The position numbers and the translations under genes are program-made. Below, piece after piece: positions 8,922 to 18,301 of a stretch of DNA of 64,000 nt (position 1 is its first letter; each line of letters starts with the position of its first letter). The notes under the pieces are model-generated. The model searched no databases, was not told the DNA's origin, and saw only the letters and a program-made list of their open reading frames with translations. Origin of the DNA: Rubripirellula sp. (GTDB taxonomy: Bacteria > Planctomycetota > Planctomycetia > Pirellulales > Pirellulaceae); NCBI GenBank assembly GCA_965216875.1, contig OZ244207.1:1792001-1856000 (forward strand), read 5' to 3'.

Positions 8922-9410
8922 TCAAGCACCCGTCCGCACCAACGCACCGTCGCTATCATACCGCAAAACCTCAACATCGACGTTTGGTGCCTGCTCACGA
9001 AACTCAATTGCAGTTGAAAGCAGTTCGGTGACACGGTTAGCGTGATCGCGACGATAGGTCGGTTCGAGCCAGACCGATTTCAGTTGGTTAAAATTGTGTA
9101 AATGATCGAACACGCGCGGATCGATATCACCAACTAATTTGATCATCGTAACGCGGCGACAGATGTCAAATCCGTAGAATGAACCGAGCGCTGGGCCGGT
9201 CTGCTGGAGCCAAATGACGCCACCGTCTGTCTGGTAGGTTACACCTGGTTCGGAAACAATCGTCTGTCCAGGCCCGGAAAGTCCAACGATAGCTTCGATG
9301 CTCTTAATTTCTTTCGCGCGAGTATTCGCGTTGTATGTATAGACACTGAATCCCAGAGCAGTCAGCACTGTGACGAAAAGTAGGAAGCGAATAGAGAATC
9401 GACGCTTCAT
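8922..9410 (-). CDS. Cassette C24 membrane-anchored protein (RFSIR N-terminus)
   Basis: MKRRFSIRFLLFVTVLTALGF. Confidence 0.75.
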   Translation of the reverse strand: MKRRFSIRFLLFVTVLTALGFSVYTYNANTRAKEIKSIEAIVGLSGPGQTIVSEPGVTYQTDGGVIWLQQTGPALGSFYGFDICRRVTMIKLVGDIDPRVFDHLHNFNQLKSVWLEPTYRRDHANRVTELLSTAIEFREQAPNVDVEVLRYDSDGALVRTGA

Positions 9411-9427
9411 GCTGTTCTTGCTGGTAC

Positions 9428-9517
9428 ACAGAACGTTAACGATCACGTGGTCGCCGCGAACGACTCACCACTTCAATAAACTCAACTCGGCGACTCACGT
9501 GCATCGTCTGGTTCGCC
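9428..9517 (-). other. attC site 23 (identical to attC 3 except the outermost base)
   Basis: GGCGAAC ... GTTCTGT. Confidence 0.9.
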
Positions 9518-9892
9518 GCGATTCTGCAATTGACGTTCGAGTTCGTCAACAATGTCGTTCAACGATTGCCGCATGCAGCCCAATGAGCACCAGAATATAT
9601 TGAATTGCCCGCCGCGAATATTGTCCACAATCATATTCCGCTGCTCGACGAACCTGCCGTCGATTGTCTCTTGCACAAAGGTCATCAGGTAACCGGCGAG
9701 TCGGTCGGATGGCCCTCCGGATCGTCGGTCCTCGGACATGAGGTGTGCCCCGCCCTGAAGTGAAATCAAGCCGTCGACTTCGGCAGTATCCCGTCCGCAA
9801 GAAGGACAGACCGAGACAAAGCAGTCGTCGTCACCGGCAGCTATGGGAAATTCAGTTGGCATTTCGGTTGATGACATTTCAGTCGGCGAACG
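9429..9892. repeat. Duplicated cassette, distal copy (same as 21182-21645)
   Basis: 464 bp, no differences seen by eye. Confidence 0.9.
9482..9877 (-). CDS. Cassette C23 Cys-motif hypothetical protein (copy of C3)
   Basis: CPSC ... WCSLGC, possible zinc site. Confidence 0.75.
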   Translation of the reverse strand: MSSTEMPTEFPIAAGDDDCFVSVCPSCGRDTAEVDGLISLQGGAHLMSEDRRSGGPSDRLAGYLMTFVQETIDGRFVEQRNMIVDNIRGGQFNIFWCSLGCMRQSLNDIVDELERQLQNRGEPDDARESPS

Positions 9893-9974
9893 TCAGACAT
9901 CACGGGGGACGGAGGGTGGACTATCCATTGCGAAAACGCCGCAAGCCGTCCTCCCGTGCATGTCATTGTTCTGT
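9885..9974 (-). other. attC site 22
   Basis: ACAGAAC ... GTTCGCC. Confidence 0.9.
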
Positions 9975-10535
9975 CATTTCTTCGATTGGTGAAATATCGG
10001 GAGCCCATCGTTGCATCGTGTCCAGACGCAACAAGGTGTACTCATCCTCGACGCCCCAGTTGCTGAATTCTATTGTCACGCCACAAGGCATGTCAAAACT
10101 TCGCCACGTTGGGTTGGGGCCCGCATCTATGAATTCGATCTCACGAGCGTCGGCCAGAAAGTCGTCATACAGGTCTACAAGACGGGTGCCGGGTAGAAAT
10201 GGGCCGAGCGCTACGTCAAACCGCGAGTCAGGCCAGTCGTATAGCATCTTGTTCCAGCTATGCTGTGCGTTTTCGCGCCAGCGTTCGTACGGTAGGTGGA
10301 AAAGTTCAGCGTGTTGAAATGCGAAGCTGACGCGAAGCCGAAACTCCGGATCAAGGATGTCGTCATCAACAATTTCGAAACCGACGCAACCGTAGCCGTA
10401 CATTCCAGGGTAAGTCACCCACGAGTCTGACGTGCCCAATCTGGAAAGAACAGTTTCGCGACGCGTATTGCGATCAAAAACGCCAAAGCGACCGTTGGTT
10501 ACAAAGTCGGTGAGGTCAACGCGGAACGGTGGCAT
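9963..10535 (-). CDS. Cassette C22 hypothetical protein
   Basis: 190 aa filling the cassette. Confidence 0.75.
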   Translation of the reverse strand: MPPFRVDLTDFVTNGRFGVFDRNTRRETVLSRLGTSDSWVTYPGMYGYGCVGFEIVDDDILDPEFRLRVSFAFQHAELFHLPYERWRENAQHSWNKMLYDWPDSRFDVALGPFLPGTRLVDLYDDFLADAREIEFIDAGPNPTWRSFDMPCGVTIEFSNWGVEDEYTLLRLDTMQRWAPDISPIEEMTEQ

Positions 10536-10544
10536 CGCTTATTG

Positions 10545-10635
10545 ACAGAACGGCACGGATCACGCGGTCGGCGCGAGTGATCTTCCACTTCAATAACGAC
10601 GGCTCGCCGACTCGTCGTGCATCCGATTGTTATGT
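10545..10635 (-). other. attC site 21
   Basis: ACATAAC ... GTTCTGT. Confidence 0.9.
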
Positions 10636-10639
10636 CGTC

Positions 10640-11173
10640 TCAGAATCGATTCTCGTGCAGGATCAGAGCAACGCGTTTGGAAGAGTCGTGGCACACCAAG
10701 AACAAATCGACAAGCTCAGCATGCTCGTATCCATACTCTGGAGTTGCGTACCAAACAGCGGAATCAAAATCGGGTTTAGTCCATGCGGAGGGCCTCGATT
10801 GGACCAGTAGATCAGCCATGGGGTGAGAGCCATCTACTAACACGAGCGATTGAGTCGCAATCAATCGATTGATGAAATCATCATCGTCAAGAACCAGCGT
10901 GATCGACCGTTGATCCAATATGCGGTCGAGGGCACACACGGTAATGCCATCGTTGGGAGTCGCAGAATCACCCATGAGCTCGAGGAAGGGTTTTGGCCAT
11001 AGCGCTGGATCGTTAACAGGGCCTGCATTTGAGAACATGGGAGCAGAAAGAACCCATGCGACCGCCAGACAGGGTAGGAGTGAAGCAAACCCAATCAAGA
11101 CGAGCAAGTTGACGATGGGTTTCTTAGACCTGGGCGGCGAACCTTCGAACGGCTTGGAGTTGCTATTCGACAT
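10640..11173 (-). CDS. Cassette C21 membrane-anchored hypothetical protein
   Basis: ATG lies within the core site GTTATGT; one TM. Confidence 0.7.
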   Translation of the reverse strand: MSNSNSKPFEGSPPRSKKPIVNLLVLIGFASLLPCLAVAWVLSAPMFSNAGPVNDPALWPKPFLELMGDSATPNDGITVCALDRILDQRSITLVLDDDDFINRLIATQSLVLVDGSHPMADLLVQSRPSAWTKPDFDSAVWYATPEYGYEHAELVDLFLVCHDSSKRVALILHENRF

Positions 11174-11259
11174 AACGTCCAGCATAACCGAGTGGCGACG
11201 ATTAGCTAACCATTGTAAAACCGCATGCTTCGCCACTTCGGTTCATGCGTTTGTTATGT
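11170..11259 (-). other. attC site 20
   Basis: ACATAAC ... GTTATGT. Confidence 0.88.
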
Positions 11260-11607
11260 GTCTTTTTTTTGGGCATCGAACTCCGGTGCCCATTTTTCAT
11301 AGTCCATTTGATGTACGGAAATTGTATCGTTTGTCGAGTGCGAGACCATCACCGTAAGTTTTGAATCGTGAGGTTTGGTCCACCGTGGAACACCGTCATC
11401 ACCATCATCCGGCACATAAATAATTTCTAAGAACGCAGGGATTCCGCAGCCAACATCTAAATAAATGCCAGTTGGCGCATTTGCGACGACGTGACCGCCA
11501 ATTATTGCATCGTCCGCAGGCGGATCGGTCCGACGACATTGCGCGAAGTGCGATTCAACGCGTTGCTGCCAGTCTTCATCAACGTGATTAATGGCGTTGG
11601 GTTCCAC
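11254..11607 (-). CDS. Cassette C20 hypothetical protein, possibly S1/OB-fold-like
   Basis: GHVVANAPTGIYLDVGCGIPAFL; start uncertain (GTG). Confidence 0.55.
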   Translation of the reverse strand: MEPNAINHVDEDWQQRVESHFAQCRRTDPPADDAIIGGHVVANAPTGIYLDVGCGIPAFLEIIYVPDDGDDGVPRWTKPHDSKLTVMVSHSTNDTISVHQMDYEKWAPEFDAQKKDT

Positions 11608-11619
11608 AATTGCAAAGAC

Positions 11620-11710
11620 ACATAACGGTAGCGATGTGCGGGCGGCGGGAAATGATTTTCCATTTGAGAACGGCGACCACCGCCGCTCCGTCACCATCGC
11701 ATGGTTATCC
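11620..11710 (-). other. attC site 19
   Basis: GGATAAC ... GTTATGT; near-identical to 15393. Confidence 0.9.
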
Positions 11711-12034
11711 CGGATTTTCGCCAAGGTTGGAATCAAGGTGAGCGTAGATCGCTTCATGTGCATCAGCAACAACATCCGTATAAGTCGTCGACTGATTCAA
11801 GCCGAGCAAAAAATCTGCAAGCTGTCCCGCCATCGCCCAAAATCGAGCGTTGATTGTAACCGCGTTTTCGAGGTGCGCTTCAGCGATATAGACAATCGCA
11901 TCGAGCGCCAATTCTGGTTCGTTGTGATCGATGAAATGATCTAACGTGTGAAAACCGTGTTCACCTGCCAATCTGTTTGGGGTATCGCCGGGAAGCAACG
12001 TCTTCAGTTGCTCCAAGGTTGCAATAGCATTCAT
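11705..12034 (-). CDS. Cassette C19 MafI-like immunity protein
   Basis: HFIDHNEPELALDAI resembles my recollection of the MafI family motif. Confidence 0.55.
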   Translation of the reverse strand: MNAIATLEQLKTLLPGDTPNRLAGEHGFHTLDHFIDHNEPELALDAIVYIAEAHLENAVTINARFWAMAGQLADFLLGLNQSTTYTDVVADAHEAIYAHLDSNLGENPG

Positions 12035-12090
12035 GTCAACGGATCAAGGCAGTGGGATGTAGGTCATGCTTATGGTTGCGCATCTACAAG

Positions 12091-12183
12091 GGATAACGGT
12101 AGTGATCAGCGGGGACGGGCGAACGACATGCAAGCAGACGAGAAAACTGACCACCCGTCCTCCGTTGCATCACATGGTTACCC
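12091..12183 (-). other. attC site 18
   Basis: GGGTAAC ... GTTATCC. Confidence 0.9.
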
Positions 12184-12594
12184 GCCGTTTTGAACCCAAT
12201 CAGCGATCCGTTCACCGGGTTTCAATTCCTCACGGGCGTAATAGTACACCATCCCTTCGGCGAGCGCAATTTCGCGCGCAGCAACGTAGTAGCGATGGCC
12301 ATGGAGAGCTGGATCGTGGTGAATCTCGAACAAAGTCTCGTCCGCATCGAGTTCAATGTGCGAGTACGATTGTCGTATCGGGTCGCCAGCAATCGAAAAT
12401 ACGGGCGAGTCAAGTCCGCAGGTCGGCAGTTCGATGTAAACGACACCGCGAAAGTGAACCTCAAACTCGTGGTAGTAGCAGTGGTCAAAGCTGCCAGTAA
12501 GCAGCAGCGTATCTCGTGCATACGAATACACGACGAGATCGGTCGCGTTTGTCGTTTGCACGATCTCGTTAATGCGATCAAGTGTTGGTTGCAT
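12178..12594 (-). CDS. Cassette C18 hypothetical protein
   Basis: MQPTLDRINE...; stop in R''. Confidence 0.75.
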   Translation of the reverse strand: MQPTLDRINEIVQTTNATDLVVYSYARDTLLLTGSFDHCYYHEFEVHFRGVVYIELPTCGLDSPVFSIAGDPIRQSYSHIELDADETLFEIHHDPALHGHRYYVAAREIALAEGMVYYYAREELKPGERIADWVQNGG

Positions 12595-12624
12595 TTCGAG
12601 CGTCAACGATGTTCGATCTTTGTC

Positions 12625-12715
12625 GGGTAACGACCGCGATAACCGAGTCGCGGCGATTGATTTTCCATTGTTAAAACCGACGACTCCGCGACTTCGGTTC
12701 ATCGCATGGTTCGTC
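12625..12715 (-). other. attC site 17
   Basis: GACGAAC ... GTTACCC. Confidence 0.9.
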
Positions 12716-12720
12716 GGTCA

Positions 12721-13242
12721 TCAGTTGTACCAATTCTGAATGTGCACATCCGGTCTTGCGGCGTGAAATCTGGCGATGCCCTGCGGCGTGACTTCGGATT
12801 GAAAAACGTCAACCACTCGCAGTGATTTCAAGGGAACCAGGGAGAGTAAGCCTTGGTCAGCGATATTGGTGCCGCCGAAACCAATCAGTTCGATCGATGT
12901 GCTCGTATGCAGGCGTCGAAAGGAATCGCGATCTATGGTTGAACGATCGAAGGATACGACACGTAAGTTTGGCATGGCCAGCAACGCGTCGATCGTCCGA
13001 CTGTCAATTTTAGAGTCTCCAGAGAAACATGCTGCCGCGACATCACCAAGTGATTCAGGTTTGTCATCGGAGAGAGCTACCGAAATGTTCGCATTTGTGT
13101 CGAACCAAACATCGTCAGCAATGTAGAGCTCAGCCTCGCTGCGACCGAGCGCCGTCTCGTAGCTAAACTCGCGAATTGTCCAGCCGGCGATCAGGCCAAA
13201 CACCGGGCACGCGATCAAAAGTGCTTTGAGGCTGAGCTTCAC
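12721..13242 (-). CDS. Cassette C17 membrane-anchored leucine-rich-repeat protein
   Basis: LRVVSFDRSTI / IELIGFGGTNIADQGL / LRVVDVFQSEVT repeats. Confidence 0.7.
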   Translation of the reverse strand: MKLSLKALLIACPVFGLIAGWTIREFSYETALGRSEAELYIADDVWFDTNANISVALSDDKPESLGDVAAACFSGDSKIDSRTIDALLAMPNLRVVSFDRSTIDRDSFRRLHTSTSIELIGFGGTNIADQGLLSLVPLKSLRVVDVFQSEVTPQGIARFHAARPDVHIQNWYN

Positions 13243-13253
13243 GCTTTCAATCC

Positions 13254-13344
13254 GACGAACGGTACGGATCACGCGGTCGCCGCGAGTGATCAACCACTTC
13301 AAAAACCACGACTCGGCGACTCGTCGTGCATCCGATGGTTATCC
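13254..13344 (-). other. attC site 16
   Basis: GGATAAC ... GTTCGTC. Confidence 0.9.
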
Positions 13345-13713
13345 GACGTTCCCAGTACGATTACCATCGGCCACAAAGCTGTTGTCGATTGTATCATCGT
13401 CGTGCCATCCAAGGTGCAGTGTTGCAATTCCAATCATTTGGCGAAGTTCGGAACGGTCTCGCGAAAACAGCGTGATCGTATTACCGTCAGTCTGATGAAG
13501 AACAGTCCAGTGATGCGACGCTAATGCCTTGTGAATGTCGAATAGATCGTTGCGCGGTGGCGGAACAAGCGGAAGCTCAACCGACACGCTCATTTGCGCA
13601 GAACGCACAAAGTCGATTACAAAAGGCTGTTGTGCGCAAGTGAGTCGAAGCACAGGCTGGGTCTGGCCGTTGAGGAATGCGGTGATGTCGTCTGGCGAAA
13701 TCTGTGCAGTCAT
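13339..13713 (-). CDS. Cassette C16 hypothetical protein
   Basis: 124 aa; stop in R''. Confidence 0.7.
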   Translation of the reverse strand: MTAQISPDDITAFLNGQTQPVLRLTCAQQPFVIDFVRSAQMSVSVELPLVPPPRNDLFDIHKALASHHWTVLHQTDGNTITLFSRDRSELRQMIGIATLHLGWHDDDTIDNSFVADGNRTGNVG

Positions 13714-13743
13714 TGCTTTGCCTGGGTTTGCGAATCCTCATTC

Positions 13744-13835
13744 GGATAACGGTGGCAATCACCGAGCGGGCGCGAGAATCACTGTCTTCACCAAAAACGC
13801 CACCACGCCCGCTTCGGTGCATTGCTTGGTTCGCC
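13744..13835 (-). other. attC site 15
   Basis: GGCGAAC ... GTTATCC. Confidence 0.9.
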
Positions 13836-14384
13836 GATCTCGATAAGTGACGCCGAGTTCGGATTAGCGTAAAACGCCAATTGGTCCATTGTATACGTAA
13901 CATCGATGCCAAGTGCACGAGCGATTCCGAGTACTCGTTGCTGTTCATCTGGCAATTCCAATGAATCGCGTTCCCCAGGCAACGCGGTGCCATCGTCTCT
14001 CACTACGATCCCTTTGTGGTAAGTCGGGTCTTCGACGACGTATTCACGGGTGATCGCACCATGGGAAAAGTACCGAAAATCGAAAGAGTGATCACAATCG
14101 CCTACCGAACACTGATAGATGTCATGATCACATGAGAGTTCTATAAGGGAGTCCCTGGTCGACGGGGCATGCCAGAGCGTGTATGACCAATCGTCAGCAA
14201 GATGCAACCAGTTGGGTTCCCTACGTACGACCACGTGATTGCGGAGTTTGGGAGGCGAAGATACGAGTTCGTAGTCACCGATTGTGAGTCGCTCCAACAA
14301 CGAGCGATCGGTCAATTCGTCCGATGGGTTTCGGATGAAAATGAAATGGGGAGCGTGAAGTCTGCCGTCTATGATTCGAGGCAT
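13788..14384 (-). CDS. Cassette C15 hypothetical protein; C-terminus encoded by attC
   Basis: 198 aa ending KRAWWRFW. Confidence 0.7.
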   Translation of the reverse strand: MPRIIDGRLHAPHFIFIRNPSDELTDRSLLERLTIGDYELVSSPPKLRNHVVVRREPNWLHLADDWSYTLWHAPSTRDSLIELSCDHDIYQCSVGDCDHSFDFRYFSHGAITREYVVEDPTYHKGIVVRDDGTALPGERDSLELPDEQQRVLGIARALGIDVTYTMDQLAFYANPNSASLIEIGEPSNAPKRAWWRFW

Positions 14385-14393
14385 GCTTGATAC

Positions 14394-14484
14394 GGCGAAC
14401 GGTGGAAATCACCCGGTCGCGACGAAAGATTGTCAATTGTCAAAACGCCTGACTTCGCGACTCGGGTGCATTTTTTTGTTATCC
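14394..14484 (-). other. attC site 14
   Basis: GGATAAC ... GTTCGCC. Confidence 0.9.
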
Positions 14485-14501
14485 CGCGTTTGGTGTTTAG
14501 G

Positions 14502-15377
14502 TCAATACTGCGATTCCATTTCTTCACGATACCGTTGTGTGGTCCAAATGTCAGTGTCCCAAAAGTCCCTGACAATCAGATTGTAGTCGGCGTCATGATC
14601 GAGCGCCCAATGATAGTGATTAATGGGCAACGCACTATCGTCGAAGCCAATGCGAACGCACCGACCAACGATTTTCCATTCTTGGCATGCGTTCCAAAAC
14701 GCTTCGGCATTGCCGGCAACTGGTTCTGGCAACGATTCGTTGAGTAGGTCATTGAATGTTGCAACGAACTGAAGAGCACGAGTTTGGACAATATCATCGA
14801 CCTGCCAAACGTATTCAGGTTCGGCAAAGAATGCGGATCCACCAACTGCCATCGCATACAGTACTACTGATTCGCGAAGCGCAGCCAGCACCACCGAATC
14901 GCGTGACAATGCCGCCAACGCAACCAACGAAAACTCGTCAGAACGCAAGGCGTGTTCATATGCGGTGTTTGTCAGATTGTCGATCGTCCAATCTGGGAAC
15001 GTATCTTTCAACGCCACGGACAACGAGTCCTCGCCAACAGACAGCAAGGAATCGCCGTCGAAAGGGGGGCCAAAGAGCGGCGATTCGGTGACCTGCTTCA
15101 GCCGCGTAAACTGATGCACAGATTGCAATTCGGAATCACGATGCTTGGGCACTTTCTGGAGTGCCCGAACAACACGAAAGTACTCTGTGAGTTCTTCGTC
15201 TTCTGAGTAGTACCCCTCGATAGGTACGTCCGCCGGTTCGACACACAACGCGTTAGCGGTTGCACGAGCGCACAGTAACAACTCGCCGCGTTCGTGCGTC
15301 TTCATTGCCTCGCGGTAAAGTTCGTCGAGACCGAGTAAGAATGTGCGATTGTCTACGACTCGATGTTCGATTGTCAT
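14502..15377 (-). CDS. Cassette C14 hypothetical protein (291 aa)
   Basis: [10 protein letters not shown]...; largest fully attC-bounded cassette gene. Confidence 0.8.
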   Translation of the reverse strand: MTIEHRVVDNRTFLLGLDELYREAMKTHERGELLLCARATANALCVEPADVPIEGYYSEDEELTEYFRVVRALQKVPKHRDSELQSVHQFTRLKQVTESPLFGPPFDGDSLLSVGEDSLSVALKDTFPDWTIDNLTNTAYEHALRSDEFSLVALAALSRDSVVLAALRESVVLYAMAVGGSAFFAEPEYVWQVDDIVQTRALQFVATFNDLLNESLPEPVAGNAEAFWNACQEWKIVGRCVRIGFDDSALPINHYHWALDHDADYNLIVRDFWDTDIWTTQRYREEMESQY

Positions 15378-15392
15378 ACGAGTTGTTGAGTG

Positions 15393-15483
15393 GGATAACG
15401 GTAGCGATGTGCGGGCGGCGGGAGTTGATTGTCCAATTGCGAGCGGCGACCACCGCCGTTCCGTCACGATCGCATGGTTATCG
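15393..15483 (-). other. attC site 13
   Basis: CGATAAC ... GTTATCC. Confidence 0.9.
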
Positions 15484-15689
15484 CGGGTGAACTCGTTTGG
15501 GCAGCGATCGACGGTCTACCTCGGTGACATTCGAATCGAGCCGGCACCTCACCAGCCTCAGACTCAGTTAACATGCTAACAGGCCGCCGGCCAAAGTGGC
15601 TGTTCGATCGGCGCTCCTTCGATCCAACCTCGGCAATCGAAGCGAAAGACGAAGCCGATCGTAGCGACGTTCTAGCAACAGAGCGATAA
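15399..15689 (-). other. Cassette C13, gene-less (200 bp cargo)
   Basis: Ends are complementary (GTTATCG / CGATAAC); only ~36-codon ORFs on the cassette strand. Confidence 0.75.
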
Positions 15690-15778
15690 CGGTCGAAATC
15701 ACCGGGCCGGGTGTAAACGTGACCGAGCGCAGCGAGCCAGCCCGGCTGTTCCGGCTCCGGTGCATTTCTTGGTTCTGC
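15684..15778 (-). other. attC site 12
   Basis: GCAGAAC ... GTTATCG. Confidence 0.88.
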
Positions 15779-15796
15779 GTTTCTAAGCGGCTTCGA

Positions 15797-16198
15797 TCAG
15801 CGTACACGATCCCATATTACATTTCCTTCGGCGTCGTACCAGTCTTGTGGCGTGTGGCCGATAAATTCTTCGTAGTCATTGCCGCATGGAGTTGTCACAG
15901 CGTCGTCTTGCATCCACTTCAGACGATCGTGGAAGCAAATCAAATCTTTGCCATCGCATATCGGAATGGCACAGTCGATGAACTGGATTACAGCAGCACG
16001 CACCCGTCTGTTGCCATTATCGGTGAGCATGCCAAGTGTTGCGGGTATGTCGTAGTTGTTTGATTGGCGAACGAACGCTTCCATGAGCGCGTTGCCCACC
16101 TGTTCGCGAGCCTCCGAATCGAAGACCTCGCCATGATCGTCGCCAATCTGCTCAAGCGCGGTCAACAGCTCAACGAGGCATACACGAATCGGATTCAT
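15797..16198 (-). CDS. Cassette C12 hypothetical protein
   Basis: AGGAG RBS upstream; fills the cassette. Confidence 0.75.
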   Translation of the reverse strand: MNPIRVCLVELLTALEQIGDDHGEVFDSEAREQVGNALMEAFVRQSNNYDIPATLGMLTDNGNRRVRAAVIQFIDCAIPICDGKDLICFHDRLKWMQDDAVTTPCGNDYEEFIGHTPQDWYDAEGNVIWDRVR

Positions 16199-16215
16199 CA
16201 ACGCAGACTCCTATC

Positions 16216-16305
16216 GCAGAACGTTCGCGGATAACCGGGGACGAGCGGAACTGTAACCATCACCAAACGGCCACGCGAGTCCTCCGGTTCATCCGGTTGT
16301 TATTG
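16216..16305 (-). other. attC site 11
   Basis: CAATAAC ... GTTCTGC. Confidence 0.88.
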
Positions 16306-16314
16306 GATTCTCGG

Positions 16315-16899
16315 CTATTTCCAAGTTAGTACGAAGTCATCGTCAATGTCTATCGGGCCAACGTATGATCCGCTCAACGCGGAAACCCTTAAGTGAATTT
16401 TCACTTCATCTTGGTCAATGTGGTTGATCGTCACTTCAGCAAAAGCTTTGCCCATGGGATCGACCCAGTCCGTTATCGGATTTGCAAACTGGCATGCTGT
16501 GAATTCTCCAACACAGAGCCGCGAAATCGTATCGTCATTCACATCGATCTCGTAAATAGTGCGTGGTTCGGCGTTGGGAGACAGACGGACTTTCTGGCCC
16601 GCGGTTAGATCTTCCGGCAGCTGAAGTCCGATCGAGTAATGCGATGAACCGTCAGTCATCGGTAGGGCGAGTCTGTCGCGGAAAAGATAGAGGTACGTTC
16701 CAGTTCCAGCCTCAACTCCGTGGTGCTGCCAATCGGTGTCATCAACCTTCCGGATCAGTCCGGTGGCGTTCCGATACGCTGCGAGCTCTACGACTGCGAG
16801 TGAAGACGTTTCTTGATTCAACGCCGCGACAATGACAAAAACCACGGCTGCAAGTGCCGTCAAAGCAAGGAGATACGTTATCGAAAATCGAACGAACAA
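16315..16899 (-). CDS. Cassette C11 membrane-anchored protein
   Basis: RFSITYLLALTALAAVVF; TTG start inferred. Confidence 0.7.
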   Translation of the reverse strand: MFVRFSITYLLALTALAAVVFVIVAALNQETSSLAVVELAAYRNATGLIRKVDDTDWQHHGVEAGTGTYLYLFRDRLALPMTDGSSHYSIGLQLPEDLTAGQKVRLSPNAEPRTIYEIDVNDDTISRLCVGEFTACQFANPITDWVDPMGKAFAEVTINHIDQDEVKIHLRVSALSGSYVGPIDIDDDFVLTWK

Positions 16900-16908
16900 C
16901 TCACATTC

Positions 16909-17000
16909 CAATAACGGTTGCGTTGACCGGGCCGCGGCCAACCAACTTTGATTTCAGAAACCGCGCGGCCCGCGGCTCCGTGCCCAACGCTTTGTTCTGC
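16909..17000 (-). other. attC site 10
   Basis: GCAGAAC ... GTTATTG. Confidence 0.88.
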
Positions 17001-17009
17001 CGTTTTCGT

Positions 17010-17432
17010 TTAGTCGTGCTTTAGCAAACCTTTATCTTCGAGTTGCTTTGTTTGGTGGCTGTTTTCTCGCCAGTTCGACCAAACAAACATAACGAAGCAG
17101 GCACCAATCATCCACGGCAGTATGGGGGTGAATGAATTGCGAGGGACGAACAGAAGAATAAGCGACGTCCACCCACCTATCATCGCTACACCACGCACTC
17201 CAGCCGCTGTGCGTTCCACGGAATCCTCACCGCCACTACCCGTGGCGGCGATCCACAGATTCATTGCGCCAGGCATTATGACCGCAAAGATGTATGTCGC
17301 GATCATGACTGCGGCGCCGAAGTTCAGGTCAAACGGGATACCGACCACAAAGACAAACGCCGCGAGCACTACAATCACGACGAATGCCACGACGCTGAAG
17401 ATCAACAGTTCAAATGTCATGATTCGTAGCAA
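17010..17432 (-). CDS. Cassette C10 four-TM membrane protein
   Basis: Four hydrophobic segments. Confidence 0.75.
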   Translation of the reverse strand: MLRIMTFELLIFSVVAFVVIVVLAAFVFVVGIPFDLNFGAAVMIATYIFAVIMPGAMNLWIAATGSGGEDSVERTAAGVRGVAMIGGWTSLILLFVPRNSFTPILPWMIGACFVMFVWSNWRENSHQTKQLEDKGLLKHD

Positions 17433-17441
17433 GCATCAAAG

Positions 17442-17533
17442 GCAGAACGGTAGGCATAACCGGGCGACCGTAATCCGGTTTCTAACTACCCAAGAACACG
17501 ATCGGTCGCTCCGTGTTCATGCCATGGTTATGC
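17442..17533 (-). other. attC site 9
   Basis: GCATAAC ... GTTCTGC. Confidence 0.88.
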
Positions 17534-17537
17534 GGCA

Positions 17538-18161
17538 CTAAATTGGGTTCTGCGCGTCGAGGCGTTTCGCGAGTTGTTTGAATTCACGAAATGTCATCGG
17601 GAAGTGCAGACGCAGTCCCTTAAAAATGTTCTGTTGGTTATCGCGTTTGCCGGACGGGCGAAAACGCAGATGCAAGTAAAGTGCGTCAGGTCCAGAGCGA
17701 ATAGCGTCAGCGAGTCCATCGAGGTACTCCCGATACTCGCGTGACAACGAGGGAGACCGTCGATTACGTGATTCTATCGCCGATGCGATTGCGGCAAGGG
17801 CATCAGGCGCAAATGCGGGGTCACAATTTAGAGTAGTTGTCCACCATTCTTGGATCCGTGCTTGCCGTTCTTCAAGTTCTTGCATCTGGGTTACGGATGG
17901 CCGCCCCATCATTACCAATTGCAAGGTGGATGGTGAATGACCGTCTGGTATCGCGACACAATTACCAGCGTTGCCGAGCCGAACAAATTCTTCTGGCGTG
18001 GTGCAGTAAGTAACGTATTCGTCACAGACATTGCAGTGCCGAACACCGTTCGTATCAGTGTGTTCAAGTGACTCCCATGATTTGGGACAGAGGTTCTGAA
18101 ATGCATGATCGCAATTCCAGACTTGAGAGATGTCAAGGATAGTTAGTTGAGGTTTCGACAT
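17538..18161 (-). CDS. Cassette C9 protein with N-terminal Cys cluster
   Basis: CPKSWESL...RHCNVCDEYVTYC...CVAI. Confidence 0.75.
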   Translation of the reverse strand: MSKPQLTILDISQVWNCDHAFQNLCPKSWESLEHTDTNGVRHCNVCDEYVTYCTTPEEFVRLGNAGNCVAIPDGHSPSTLQLVMMGRPSVTQMQELEERQARIQEWWTTTLNCDPAFAPDALAAIASAIESRNRRSPSLSREYREYLDGLADAIRSGPDALYLHLRFRPSGKRDNQQNIFKGLRLHFPMTFREFKQLAKRLDAQNPI

Positions 18162-18185
18162 CGCATTGGATCAAAGGACAACGCC

Positions 18186-18276
18186 GCATAACGGTAGCGA
18201 TAACCGAGTCGCGGCGGTTGATTCTCAATTGTCAAAAACGGCGACTCCGCGACTTCGGTTCATCGCATGGTTCTGC
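18186..18276 (-). other. attC site 8
   Basis: GCAGAAC ... GTTATGC. Confidence 0.9.
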
Positions 18277-18301
18277 CCGATAGCATTTGGGTTCTGGGCA
18301 A

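Noticed and set aside
14502..15377. DUF3160 assignment for C14
   Set aside because: Only a short EGYY...ELTEYFR resemblance; insufficient without a search
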